Shown here piece after piece: positions 1 through 12,446 of a DNA stretch of 64,000 nt. Position 1 is the first letter of the stretch, and every line of letters starts with the position of its first letter. Where the stretch lies: positions 25,544,001-25,608,000 of the forward strand of contig NC_043001.1 in the NCBI RefSeq assembly GCF_006345805.1, given 5' to 3'. Source of the stretch: Octopus sinensis. Lineage: Eukaryota. The translations under genes and the position numbers were made by a program. Under the pieces are notes generated by a model. That model was not told the origin of the DNA and made no database searches. It saw only the letters and a list, made by a program, of their open reading frames with translations.

Positions 1-63
1 GTTGAACTGTTAATCCCTGCACATTTTCGTTTTCTCTCCTTTTTTTTTTCTTCTCAATATTTT

Positions 64-95
64 CTGTCAAAGGGCATAGGCTTGAAACATCAAGG
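64..95 (+). ncRNA. Highly degenerate hammerhead-like motif in a repeat fragment
   Basis: CTGTCAA-AGGGCATAGGCTT-GAAA-CA-TC-AAGG. It is two changes from CTGACGA, and CG>CA decay would explain part of the drift. Confidence 0.3.
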
Positions 96-2398
96 AGTTT
101 TCCATTCTTCTCAAACATTAAACTAATACATCTGCTTGTTGTTCCTTCACTTGCCTTTGTCTTTTGTTTTCTGTAAATTTGAACTATTTCAATTGTTAAC
201 TTTTGGGTTATGAAATAGTGTAATTCACTCAGAATTAGTTATATTATTATTAGTTAAATTCAATTGAATTTGTTTTTGCTTTGGAAAGAATAGAATATAA
301 AAGCTTTCACTTTTATATTAATAACTATGGCAGACTGGTGGGGAATATTATCTGCATGGACTTCAAGGGCTAGGTTGCTATTTAGTTAGATAATTTAGGA
401 GTTAGTTTTGGTTTACTGATTGAATTTATTTACCGATACTGCTTTTGTACATAGGGTAATGTTACTGTTTAATCCTTCCTAGAATTAAGATTGAATGAAT
501 GTGGTGATATCTATGGTATGTTTGTTCTCAAACAACACTTATTTTAGTGCTGTTGGCACTACCAGATTGAATGGTACTGTCCATGTGTCGAAACCAGTGA
601 TATCCATGGGGCAGCTGATGATGGAGGTATATTGGATTGTTGATATGGCTGTTATTGTATGTGAGGGATAGTTTTATAAGACATTTATTTGATATATATA
701 TATAAAAATTCCTTCTTTTGAGGATGCTGATATTCAGAGTAATCTGCTGAAATACTTATTTAAGGTCTTACCAAGACTATCACTGCTTTTGCTAGGTTCC
801 TTTCCAGTGAGAGGAGGCAGGATTAGAACTCAGGAAACAGAGCCAAAGCAAATACCACAAAGTATCTCAGCTGTTTTAACATCCCACCATCCAGAACTAG
901 AACTTTTGACTCAGAAGGGACAAAGGCAAAACTGATCTAACTGGGATTTAAAATCATGCATAGAGAGCTAGAACAATTATTACAACTCTACTAATTCAAT
1001 GCTCATTTATGTGTGTGTATGTTCATGAGTGTATGTCAGTGTATGTGTGAGTGTGCATCTTTTGATGATCTATACCAGTAAAAAATGAGAACATCAGTGT
1101 GAAAACTGAAAAAAATCAGTGGTCTTTGAACAATCCTGTAGATATCTGTTCTAAGGACCCACCATGTAGATATTCATTCGGCACATCAAAAATATTGTGA
1201 TCCAGTGACTGTCCCATTAAATACCCATAACTAATGATGCTATAGCACATGAATTAGGATATAAAATGATATATAAATGAGACTATGTTCATCAATGATT
1301 AGTCTTCAGATTTCTATTCATTTTAGATCTTAAGGCAATCACACAAACATTCAGAACTGGGCACTCAATAGAACTTTGGAATGCCAAGAACCACAAGTTT
1401 TAATAGCAGAGTCCACAAAATCCCAACAGCATCAGTGAAATGGGTTTGATCAAGGAATGAAAAGAAGCAAAAGATATTTGTATCTATTGTTGAGGAACAA
1501 TCTGGAATAGTACTCAAAATGCTAATGAAAATATCCAAATATCCTATTGCTACTTTTGTAGCAATAGGATATCTAGATACTATAGATGCATTGTTAAAGC
1601 AGACAATAAGCAGTTATGAACTAAATACCTTGGGCTACAAAGATAGCAAGTTGGATATGTTTTACTAGATATGATTCATAATCAATGTGGTATGCTCACT
1701 GCCAAAAGTAAAAATGGTGCTTCTTATCTCTAACAGAAGAATAGCAAGGTAGACTACTATATAAATTGATAAGATCAGACCTATATCTGTCTCATCTATG
1801 AGACGAAATAGGATCAAAACACATGAAAAGCTGCTATATTAAAGGCCTCTCTTCCTACACAGGTCAACATGAAAAACATGATAAAACAGGTTTAGAAAAG
1901 ATGATGTAAGCACAGCCAAAGATTTACCATAGTTCAGATGAGTCAAATATAATTATATACTGCCAGATCTGACTGGCCTGGTGCAGCCTTCGGGCTCCCC
2001 AGACTCCAGTTGAACCGTCCAACCCATGCTAGCATGGAAAGCGGACGTTAAATGAGGATGATGATGATGATGATATATATATGTTTTAAACAGAATATCT
2101 TGAGGAGTCACAATCATCATTTCATCTTTGTTTTCCATGCAAGCATGGGTTGGACAATTCAACAGGATCCAATAGGTTGGAGGAACACATCTTGCTCCAG
2201 TGTCTCAGTTTTGGCATGGTTTATACAGATGGACACCCATCCTAACACAATCCACTCTACAGAGCGTACTGGGTGCTTTTCTTGTTTGTTTTTGTTTTGT
2301 AATACCAACACTAATGCAGTCATCTTGTAATTCACAAGACTAAAGTGCACTCTCAACTAAAAAGGAAAACAATAGCAGTAAGCTTTATATGAAGTATT

Positions 2399-2566
2399 GA
2401 GGAGTGGCTGTGCGGTAAGTAGCTTGCTTACCAACCACATGGTTCCGGGTTCAGTCCCACTGTGTGGCATCTTGGGCGAATGTCTTCTACTATAGCCTCG
2501 GGCCAACCAAAGCCTTGTGAGTGGATTTGGTAGACGGAAACTGAAAGAAGCCCGTCGTATATATGT

Positions 2567-2609
<43 letters not shown>

Positions 2610-2802
2610 AATGTTTGTGTGTCTGTGTTTGTCCCCCTAGCACTGCTTGACAACCGATGCTGGTGTGTTTACGTCCCCGTCACCGATAGAATAAGTACTG
2701 GGCTTACAAAGAATAAGTCCTGGGGTCGATTTGCTCGACTAAAGGCGGTGCTCCAGCATGGCCGCAGTCAAAATGACTGAAACAAGTAAAAGAGTAAAGA
2801 GT
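2399..2802 (+). mobile_element. tRNA-derived SINE family B with CORE-like segment and internal (TA)n(TG)n
   Basis: Head GGAGTGGCTGTGCGGTAAG...GGTTCAGTCCC, a CORE-like ATCTTGGGC(G/A)AGTG segment and the tail GACTGAAACAAGTAAAAGAGT. Confidence 0.85.
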
Positions 2803-4005
2803 AATTGCAGTTTGATAGAAGGGACAGGAACAGGCTTGTTGTTGTGGAAGGGATTCGTGGCTGCTCTATATTATATACGGGTGGAAACCATTAAGTGAGA
2901 TAAAGATAGCAGTGACAAGCTACCAGAACATTCACAAAGTACAAGATGAATAGAAGAAAACATAAGATCAGGAAGGGTGCCTGGGGTAAGTAGCACTAAT
3001 ATCATGGGAATACCTGACAATTAATTTACATGATATATAAAATATTAAATGAATATAAATATAAAATGAAAAGCTGCTAAATATCTCGAGAGTTGAGATG
3101 AATAATTTGAGTGCAAATTGGACCGTTGTGCAAAGGTTCAAATCCTTATTTGTTTTCTTTTGTTTTTACTAATACGAAAATTTGGGTGGTGGTAGGTTTT
3201 AAACTCCTAAAGCATTCCAATGCATTCTGAAATAACTAATTTCATATCTAAAATATAAAAAAAAAACATAGTAGTTGCAGATACTACAAACTGTCTCCAG
3301 CCAAAACACAAAATTAATATAAGCACCCACATTCAAGCAAATATATAAATTTAACGAATAAAGCTATTCTGTACAAAGTTGAGGGGAAAATGGAATAAAA
3401 TATTATTTATGCATTAACGTGCACAGATAAAATACTTTGAAATACGTTTAGAGAATGAATTCATTATTATCACCTACATGAGGATGACACATTAACTAAA
3501 ACGGGAGGGGGTGATTCCTTAAATTTTTTCATTGCTAGAAATAAGAATCTTGACTAGACTGAAAAACTATAAAAATCACAAACTGACGACGAGTCGTCTG
3601 ATCAGTCAACACCAACCTGAGTCTATCGCGTTTAAAATAAAAGAGCAATGCACACCACCACCTCCCCTGGACAGGACACAACATATATTTTATAATTTCT
3701 TGCCTCACTACCTCAGTATATTAGCACTCACTCTGCCTTTCCATGCAACAGGACCGACCCTTCATTCAATGGCTATCATTATTTTATCTCATAATGCCAT
3801 TCAGCGTTCATTCACAAAAACACTATATATTTTTTTAGTCATTCAAAGATCTTGCAGTAAAAGTTAAGACTATGTTTAGCCGATGAGGCTCAATAAGATC
3901 GGAACTTGTTCAGATTTGTCACTAAGCTAAAGATCTGACTCACTATTCCACCTGATTTTATTTTTAATTTAAATTCTGGGGTCATCTTTACTGCATTCTT
4001 AAGTC

Positions 4006-4175
4006 ATTTACATAATTTTTCCATCGTTTAATAGGAATTCCTTGGCTCACTACTACATTACGTAAATTAGCGTACAGTTTACTATATATTGCAGTCTGCT
4101 TCCCTGCTAACCTGAAAGCAGATTCTCTTGTGTGTTGTGAACCTGACAGCCACAAGACATCTGCACTCACCTCAT
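4006..4175 (-). CDS. Possible first coding exons of an unidentified minus-strand gene (presequence-like N-terminus)
   Basis: A mini-exon at 4190-4171 (acceptor GAAATTGCAG|, ends ATGAG|GTGAGT) joins across a 59-nt intron to an acceptor TTTCAG| at 4111. The join is in frame and gives MRLAGKQTAIYSKLYANLRNVVVSQGIPIKRWKNY, which is basic and has no acidic residues. No downstream exon was confirmed. Confidence 0.3.
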
Positions 4176-5108
4176 TCTACTTGAAGCGATCTGCAATTTC
4201 GTATCAGACAAAAAAAGTGCAACAGTCATGAGACATCAAGAATAAATGCTATAGATAGGATACAACTGGATATTCTTGATTATAATGAAATTGAATTGGT
4301 TTAAATGTTTCTTCAACTAAAAATTAAGGATAAAGAATACATTTGAATTTTGAGGAATCTTTCAATCACAGACATCTACTTGTGAAGTCGGAACACGCCC
4401 AACAAATGAACTACTGGGATTATATTGTTATCAATGACAGCCAAAATTTCCGTATTCCTTTATGACATCGTAAATGATGCTGTAAAGGAATTTTTTTGGA
4501 AAATGATGAGCATAAACTAACGTGTTGGAATATCCTTCTCGATCCTTTACAATAAAAGAAGAAAAAAACACTACGAATACTGTCTTAAGCTCTTATCAAT
4601 ATTAAATAATCGAAACCGTGGTTTATATTAAAAAATTCTTGAAAAAGCAGTGTTTAGATAGATATGAAGTGTTTATCTTTCAAGTGAAAAAAATAATTAA
4701 TCGTTAGATCAATTTCTTCAAAATTACTGAATGCTAGAAAATTGCATCGACAGTTCCATACATTTCCACAGAGACCAACATTGACGCCACCACATAATAA
4801 AGAAGCTCGTAACGCAACAAATGATGACACCGAAAAAAATCTACATTTTACAAGACGTGTCCGCAAATAAATTGCATTTAATTTCAACAACTTTTTTTCC
4901 GTTAGTTTTGTGCAACAAACATCGTTTAATTTTTTCAATAAATTGTTGTTTAAAAGACTATAGCTTAGACACAGTAACCACAATGACTTGTTGATGGCTT
5001 TACTCGCTTTCAGCTTGTACAAATATTCTTCTCTATCGTAATATAGTTGACAGTCAAACGAAACATCCATCCGTCCATCTATTTATTCCATCCGTAGGAA
5101 TAATCTAC

Positions 5109-5804
5109 AAAATGGCCGTCTTAAATGTTTACAACGTATTTTTTTTAAAAGAAAAGACTTATTCGAAGGAAATAACACATTTATAACACGTAAAATAGCT
5201 TTATAAAATCTATTTAATGTCTCGACCATAGAGAGTTACCTTCATTTTATTCTCATACAGGCATAATCGGAAAACTAAATGAAAGTTCAAGTCGATAGTG
5301 ATAGTGTTTTCTAAGAGAAATTGAAAATTAAAGAAAAATCTTAAACAGAAGGCGGGTTTTATAGAATTAAAGAGCTGCAAGCATTGTTAAAGGGAAAGAA
5401 TGATTTCCATTTAAATCTTTCAATTCATTAAAAGACAATATATGTACGCAAAACAACTGCAATCGACCTCATATACACACACACACAAGCACAGGTAACG
5501 GTTCCAGACCAATCTCTAAAGCATTTACATTGCATCGCATCGCAGCATGATCAAAATTCACACAAGTGTGACAAAGAAAAAAAACTACTATGCAGTCATC
5601 AAAATATCTCCCACAGACTGATCAGGGAAGTAACGATTGAAATAGACTTTAATTAATAATCGGCTTACCCAAAGAGGCGGGAGTATCAATCCTTATTTCA
5701 GCGTAAATGTTTACCAAATAACCAAGAAACAATCAGCGATCATGACAGTTACAATTTTGAATCTCTGTTATATACTCGCCTCAGATTGGGCGAAGATGAC
5801 GTCA
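5109..5804. promoter_or_regulatory. Promoter-like CpG-retaining region with YY1-like, CCAAT and CRE motifs
   Basis: AAAATGGCCG at 5109-5118, GGCGGGAG at 5676-5683, ATTGG at 5785-5789 and a perfect TGACGTCA at 5797-5804, within non-repetitive CpG-rich sequence. Confidence 0.4.
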
Positions 5805-6323
5805 CTCAGCGCCCTCTGGCTTTTCTAAGAAAGATAACTCAGATCGTATGCTGCTGCAACTGACTGCATAGTCAACAGTTATTATTTAACGCATATTCGA
5901 AATGTTTACATTTCCTATATTATATGTTACATCCTGACATAGAGGAAGCTCATTAGCAAACAAACATTTACGAAGTTCTTAGCTAAGATGGCCGGTACAC
6001 TTGTGTAATAAATAATACCACCGACATAATGATAATCGCTTTTAAATGGTACAAGTAACATAACTGCCTATTATAAACCCACGTGTGTTTGTTTACATTT
6101 CTGAAGAAAAAAGAAACCCTTTTCTTCCACCCCTAACACAAACCCTAACCCTAACCCTAATCCCCTATATATAAAAAAAAAACTTTACGGAGAGTGACGA
6201 TCTTCTTCTTCAAATGTATACAAAAAGACGTGGCAGTTATGGATGGTACTTGTACCGAAAGATGACCGGTACACTTGTGTAATAATACCACCAACATAAT
6301 GATAATCGCTTTTAATTCATTAA

Positions 6324-6633
6324 CTGGCATAGTTTCGGTTGTAGTAGCACAGATTTCCGTCGATTTCCGTAAAAAACTTTTATTTTTTACATAAGTAATG
6401 AGAGCGAAAGAGACTAAGAGGAAGCGATTTTACGACGAGAAGGTTTCACTTTGAAGTCGGCCTGTGTGTGTTGAGGGGTGTGGGAGACAGACAGTATGTT
6501 GTGTAAGTGAAGTGCTTCTGTAGTGTGTGCGAAGAGACAGACATACATATACACATACACCGAGTAAAAAATTACGATGAATCGGCCATACATACATACA
6601 TACACACACACATACATAGATACATACACACAC

Positions 6634-6665
<32 letters not shown>

Positions 6666-7224
6666 TTACACATAGATACATACACACACACACATACATG
6701 CAGACATACATATACACATACACCGAGTAAAAAATTACACTGAATCGACCATACATACATACACACATACATACATACACATACATAGATACATACACAC
6801 ACACACATACATGCAGACATACATATACACATACACCGAGTAAAAAATTACGATGAATCGGCCATACATACATACATACACACACACATACTTACACACA
6901 CACACATACATAGATACATACACACACACATACATGCATACATACATATACACATACACCGAGTAAAAAATCAGTTATCTCTCTCTTTCACACATTACTC
7001 TCTCTGTCTCTTCGCACACACTAACAGAAGCACTTCACTTACACAACATACTGTCTGTCTCCCACACCCCATCAAACACACACAGGCCGACTTCAAAGTG
7101 AAACCTTCTCGTCGTAAAATCGCTTCCTCTTAGTCCCTTTCGCTCTCATTACTTATGTAAAAAAATAAAAGTTTTTTACGGAAATCGACGGAAATCTGTG
7201 CTACGACATGCGAAACTTCGCCCA
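6324..7224. mobile_element. TTAA-flanked foldback/MITE with ~220-bp terminal inverted repeats around a compound minisatellite
   Basis: TTAA at 6320-6323 and 7225-7228. The inner ~195 bp of the arms differ at only about 5 positions by eye, while the outer ~30 bp are imperfect. Confidence 0.85.
6540..6975 (+). repeat. Compound minisatellite: four CACCGAGTAAAAAAT anchors separated by (CATA)n/(CA)n
   Basis: Anchors at about 6558, 6721, 6835 and 6958. It produces the spurious MCVCVY ORFs. Confidence 0.9.
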
Positions 7225-8405
7225 TTAACTTATTGACGACATTTCATTGTCTACGTTCGGTATATTATCAGTTCGTCCGTCGTTGTCGACAATGACCAAG
7301 GACATCACATGGGAGAGACAAGGCACAGTGTGTACGGCTGTGACCAATTCGTGCGAAGCGTAATCGGGAGGCTCTGCCGCTGTTCGGACACTGGTGTTCT
7401 GTTGGGACTGAAGGCAAGGAGTTGGCTCTCAACTTACTGTTTTCTTTGTACCCCAGCAATCCCGTTCCGTTCGTAGGAGATGGCACTTCTGTTGGTTCAG
7501 CTTCGTTAGGCTGGGCAGTCTTGTGTTTGCTGTTGTGCGAGGGAATAAGAAACAAATCACCTACCTTCTCGTCGTTTTGCCGTCCAGCTGTACTCAATCT
7601 AAAACTCATGCCCAGCCCGCGGGCCTAACAAAAGCTGCTGCTAGTGTCCCTTCTCCATCGGCTCGCTCGTTTCACGTCCGTTCGTCGTGAGCATCCAAGG
7701 CAAAAGAGGACGACCTTGGTCTCCCTTCCCTCACTTTCTCTCTCACCCTCCCTGTTCCGGCCAAGCCTCTTGACCATTGACGTCACAGCCCTTTCCTTCT
7801 GGCTCATCTCATCCCCACATTTGCGTTTCCCAGGTGTTGAGGTTAATTCAAAGCTTTTCAGTGAGGCTTTGAATGTGCCCTTGAAGCCCTTTTTCTGTCC
7901 ACCTTGCGTGCACTTACCTTCCGCCAGTTCGCTGTAAAACAGTCTCTTGTGGAGTCGCGTGCCGGGCATTCAAACAAGGTGGCCTGCCCACGTGATTTGT
8001 GCTCTCCTCAGTAGTGTGTAAATGCTTGGCAATTCAGCTCCAGAGAGGCCCTCTGTGTCTGGGATCTTGTCTTGCCTGATGATTTTCAACAGCTTTCTCA
8101 AGCAGTTCATGTGGAAGCCGTTTAGCGTTTTGGTGTGACGTTCGTAAACCATCTAAGTCTCGCAGACATACAGCGGTACAGCTGTTTCGTACAGTTTCAA
8201 CTTAGTGGCCAGCCTAACACCTCTCCTCTCCCACACTGATTCGCGTAGCCGCCTGAATGCTGAGCTTCTTTTGGTAATGCGAGTGTCAACTTCATCGTCA
8301 ATGTTCACAGATTCGGGGAGTGTGCTGCAACAACCTTCAAGGTTTTCCCTTCGACAGTGATAGATGGTTCTGCATACAGCTTCTGTGAGGCAGATTGGTG
8401 CATAA

Positions 8406-8616
8406 GGCGGCGATCTGGCAGAAACGTTAGCACGGTATTTCGTCTGCCGCTACGTTCTGAGTTCAAATTCCGCCGAGGTCGACTTTGCCTTTCATCCTTT
8501 CGGGATCGATTAAATAAGTACCAGTTAAGCACTGGAATCGATGTAATCGACTTAATCTGTTTGTCTGTCCTTGTTTGTCCTCTCTGTGTTTAACCCCTTG
8601 TGGGTAATAAAGGAAT
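8406..8616 (+). mobile_element. tRNA-derived SINE family A inserted in the RTE LINE
   Basis: A-box/B-box head (TGGCAGAAACGTTAGC...GAGTTCAAATTCC). 14-bp TSD AGATTGGTGCATAA at 8392-8405 and 8617-8630. Confidence 0.9.
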
Positions 8617-10341
8617 AGATTGGTGCATAACCCCTGCTTTCTAAGTATTGGCTATGAAGCCAAAGTAGTTGCAGGCAATAGACAAGTAGTTCATACTCTG
8701 CTGCATCTGGGTCTCTATAGCAGTGTCGAATGCGCAATCGTTTGCGAAACGGAAGTTGTGCACCAAGTCCTCTTCCACCTTGGTCTTAGCCTGTAGCCTC
8801 TGCAGGTTGAAGGGTCTTTCACCAGTCCTGAATCTGATCTTGGTGGTGGTTTCGTCGTCATTGCAGAAGGTATCTGACAACATGGCTGAGAACATGCTTG
8901 AACAGCATAGGTGCAAGTACATAGCCCTACCTGACTCCGTTAGTGACTGAGAATGCATTGGAAGAATCTCCATCTCCGTGAAACTGTCGCACCATACTGC
9001 TGAATTTGTCCGGACAGCTGAATTTACACACAATCTTCCAAAGCCCATCGCGACTACAAACATCGTGTATAGATCCCTGTTCTGTTCTTGGCACTTCTGA
9101 AGTTGACGTGCAACAAGGATCGTGTCGACTGACTCACGGTCCTCTCTGAAGCCACATCGACTTTCTGGCAAATGCCCGTCTTCCACGTGTTGAGTGAGGC
9201 GGTTAAAGAGGACTTTTGCGAGTATCTTACCAGCAATGACAAAGAGAGAAATTCTTCGGTGGTTGTCACAGGACTGTCTGTTTCCCGTTGCTCTTGATCA
9301 ACCATTTTGTGTTTCCACATGGTGTGAAAGAGGTTGGTGAGCTTCTATGCAAAGACTGGTCGCACTACCTTGTATATTTCAGCTGGGATGGAGTCAGGGC
9401 CCGGTGCCTTGTTTTTTGAGAGAAGCTTAATTGCTTTCTGGACCTCTACTTCTGTTGGACGCTCTTTCGAAGAAGTGTTGATGTCAATTTGGGGCATGCA
9501 AGCAATGGCCTCAGCGTTGTTAGAGGAAGGCCTATTCAGGACGTCGCTGAAGTGCTCTGCCCACATTTCCAGGATTGTATTTTTGTCTTTGCGGAGAGTG
9601 GTCTCGTCAACACTGAGCAGTGATGTTCCAGAGGACTGTGGCCCGTAAATAGCTTCCGGCACATCGCAGAAGTGCTTGGAGTTGTTGCTGTCAGTGTACT
9701 TCTGTATATCCTCTACCTTGTAGAGCCAGGAATCCTTTATCTCTCCGAGCTTTACCTGTACCTTGTCGTTGTAGGCTGTGTTGTAGACTAGGAAGCTGAT
9801 ATGCTGTTTTTCTGAGAGACTCTGTAGACTTCATGCTTTTCATCAAGCAGCTTTTGAATTTCCTCATTGAACCAGTCTTGATATCTACGCCTGTTCTACC
9901 CAGACGATTGAGTGCAGGGTTGTACACCACGTCTCTGAACACCAACTAGTCTTCTTCTGTTCCGTTTGTACCCGCGTCGAGTTGGCTCGACTTGCTGTCA
10001 TTCCAATTGCTGATATTTAGTCGCTTATTTGCCGGCTTCCCTTGTAGTCACCGCTTGGGCCAAACGTGCACGTTGAGATTTGCGAAGATGGGTCTCTGGT
10101 GTGTCTCGCATTTTGATCCACAAATGCCTTTTGTCACCCTAACATCTCGCCTGTCCCGTCTCCTGTGTATGACATAGTCAATTAGATGCCAGTGTTTGCT
10201 GCTTGGATTCATCCAGGACGTCTTTTTGCAGTTGGGAAAGCCAAACACTTTGTTGGTGATCGCAGCTCATGCGCTGCACAGGTCTTCAACAGTAGATGAT
10301 CATTGCTGTTGATCATGCAAACTCTCCGTTTTTCCCCCCAA

Positions 10342-10345
<4 letters not shown>

Positions 10346-10399
<54 letters not shown>

Positions 10400-10410
10400 T
10401 CTATCTATCT
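10346..10410 (+). repeat. (CT)n microsatellite inside the RTE LINE
   Basis: Direct reading. Confidence 0.95.
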
Positions 10411-11516
10411 CAACGTCTGATAGTCTCTACCAACTCTGGCGTTGGAGTCGCTGAGAATGACGAGCTTGTCCTCCTTAGACGCAGTTGCTATGAATCTTTC
10501 AAGTCTACATAAAATTTGTCTTTGATCTCCTTAGGGTTAGTCATGGTGGGAGGTAGGCACTGATGATGGTGACATGACGCTTTCCTCAGAGGTGGGAGCC
10601 ACAGAGACATCAGTTGGTCATTTGGGGACGTTGGTTAGCTTGCAGATCAGAATAGATCTGGTGGCAAAATACATTCCCGCGTCACGGCGTCCAGTCGCTA
10701 CTGCTGCCACTCCAGAAGAAGGTGTAAGCGATTTTGACCTTTGACAGCTGACCTTTGTCTGCAAGTCTGGTCTCACTCAGAATTGAAAATGAATGTACCT
10801 ACCGATTTCTCTTGCAACAAGTACTGCCCATCACCGTTTGCTTTGGAACTGTTCACGAGCGTTCTTTCATTCCCTGTGCCAATGGTGAGCGTTGCCACCA
10901 TTGTTTTCGTCTTGGTGCATCGACTGCATAGTTGGGATACCCGCCTGCCGCGGTATGCTGGCCGGAGTGAGGTGAAGCAGGCTATGCTTTACGTACCTTT
11001 TCTAGTCCCTTCCTCAGGCCATGGAAGTGAACAGAGCGATCCTAAAGAGGGCTGCTCAAGCACCCAGGGGTTGCTGAGCACCACTGCTGCTTCGGTCTGA
11101 AGAGAATGACACTATACCCTGGGCCGCCTGAATGTAAGTTTGTGTCTACAGCTTCCAATGCATCCATATCTGCTGCTTTGTCATTCGCCCATTGCCACAA
11201 GAATCGAAGCTGAGTCTGGGATGGTTTGATGTCTTGACTTGCGTATGACATGGATTGAAGTGATGGAGGTTGGTGCAACGTCTTCTACCTCACTCTCTCG
11301 TCCCTTCATATCTGATTCCAGTGGCAGGCTGGAGATAAGACATGCCGTCTCTTATCCGTGACTTTTCAATTATTACTGCGGTGCCTTCTGTCACTCGGTG
11401 CTAGCTAACCTTGTACCTCTTCCAGTTTGCACCACACTCAATCATTTCCTCACAAGAAATCTACCCTCTGGAATGCCTTCCCTTCACGTGTTTTTCTGCC
11501 ACCATCGACTTGCATC

Positions 11517-12446
11517 TGTAGGCATCTAGCTTGACCCTGCCTGAGATTTGAAACCAAATCTACCAGCTTGTTGCTTGTCAAAACGAGCGAGAAATCCTCT
11601 CTGCACCAGATGATTGATGAGGAAACATTCGATTCCCTAGGACCTGCGCTGGTAAAGGAAAGGTCAGTCCTTTGTTTAGGGTTTGACCTACATAACTGAC
11701 CATAATCTATGTAACAGAGAGAATTTCCTATATCTTCCTCTTATGTGTCAGCTATGACCAAGGAGCAACACCCGCTCTTTCGTGTCAATCAGAACAAGGA
11801 GCAACACTTCCCTTTGCTCTTCACTCGACATGCGAAGAGAGGCTTTCAGCTGCAAGAATCACGAAGTTACCTCTATCCTTTCTGCTTTTCTAGTTAGCAC
11901 CGTGCATTCCTTACACTTTCACTCTCTACTGACAGACAACTTTTTTCTACACTATCAACTACTAATAAGCGAACCAATCTTGCCACTGTCACTATTATTG
12001 TTTCTGTCTCTTTAACTACCTATTTCTTTATTACCCACAAGGGGCTAAACACAGAGGGGACAAACAAGGACAGACATAGGTATTAAGTCGATTACATCGA
12101 CTCCAGTGCGTAACTGGTACTTAATTTATCGACCCCGAAAGGATGAAAGGCAAAGTCGACCTCGGCAGAATTTGAACTCACAACGTAACGGCGGACGAAA
12201 TACCGCTAAGCATTTCGCCCGGCGTGCTAACGTTTCTGCCACCTCGCCGCCTTATGTCTCTTTAACTACCAGTCGGGCAAATGGATAAATATACGTAAAT
12301 AATACTTCTTCTTTCTTTGTGTTGATTCTTCGATGTTTACTTGTACTCCGACACGAGAACCTTAAAGCGTTACATCTACATGCTACATAAAGTAGTGGGC
12401 TACCTCATATCGACCTGATATGGCACATCACATCCAACCCGCTACA
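11517..12446 (+). mobile_element. Solo LTR (TGTAG...CTACA) with 4-bp TSD, Ty3/Gypsy-like
   Basis: TG...CA ends with 5-bp inverted termini. CATC flanks both ends (11513-11516, 12447-12450). A second copy lies at 24355-25255 in the opposite orientation. Confidence 0.85.
12021..12254 (-). mobile_element. SINE family A inside solo LTR
   Basis: 16-bp TSD TGTCTCTTTAACTACC at 12005-12020 and 12255-12270. Confidence 0.9.

Larger units (their letters stand above)
7268..11400 (-). mobile_element. Near-full-length RTE-clade (BovB-like) LINE, ORF disrupted
   Basis: Fragments occur in the expected order on the - strand: 5'UTR, endonuclease (SKHWHLIDYVIHRRRDRRDVRVTK), RT (KNKAPGPDSIPAEIYK, ESRCGFREDRESVDTILVARQLQ, FRFANDCA), TRLHKRLFYSELAEG, a C-terminal CPNSGR..RIGHSRTH, and the tail GGTCATTGTCGACAACGACGGACGAAC. 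Confidence 0.88.

Noticed and set aside
1953-2162. Poly-His or poly-Met/Asp ORFs (also 52126-52455, 53060-53332, 63491-63679)
   Set aside because: They come from the (CAT)n/(GAT)n tail of LINE family 2.
2820-3250. Candidate further exons for the minus-strand gene (acceptors at about 3248 and 3016)
   Set aside because: The frames hit stops or give no recognisable protein, and no consistent donor was found.
4654-5070. 138-aa minus-strand ORF
   Set aside because: There is no recognisable domain or splice support, and it is compatible with chance in AT-rich DNA.
6414-6959. ORFs of 74-151 aa rich in C, V, Y, M
   Set aside because: They are translations of microsatellite; the same applies to ORFs near 2.4, 49-51 and 52-53 kb.
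6540-6975. Repeat-spacer look resembling a CRISPR array
   Set aside because: The spacers are (CA)n/(CATA)n microsatellite, there are no cas genes and the context is eukaryotic.
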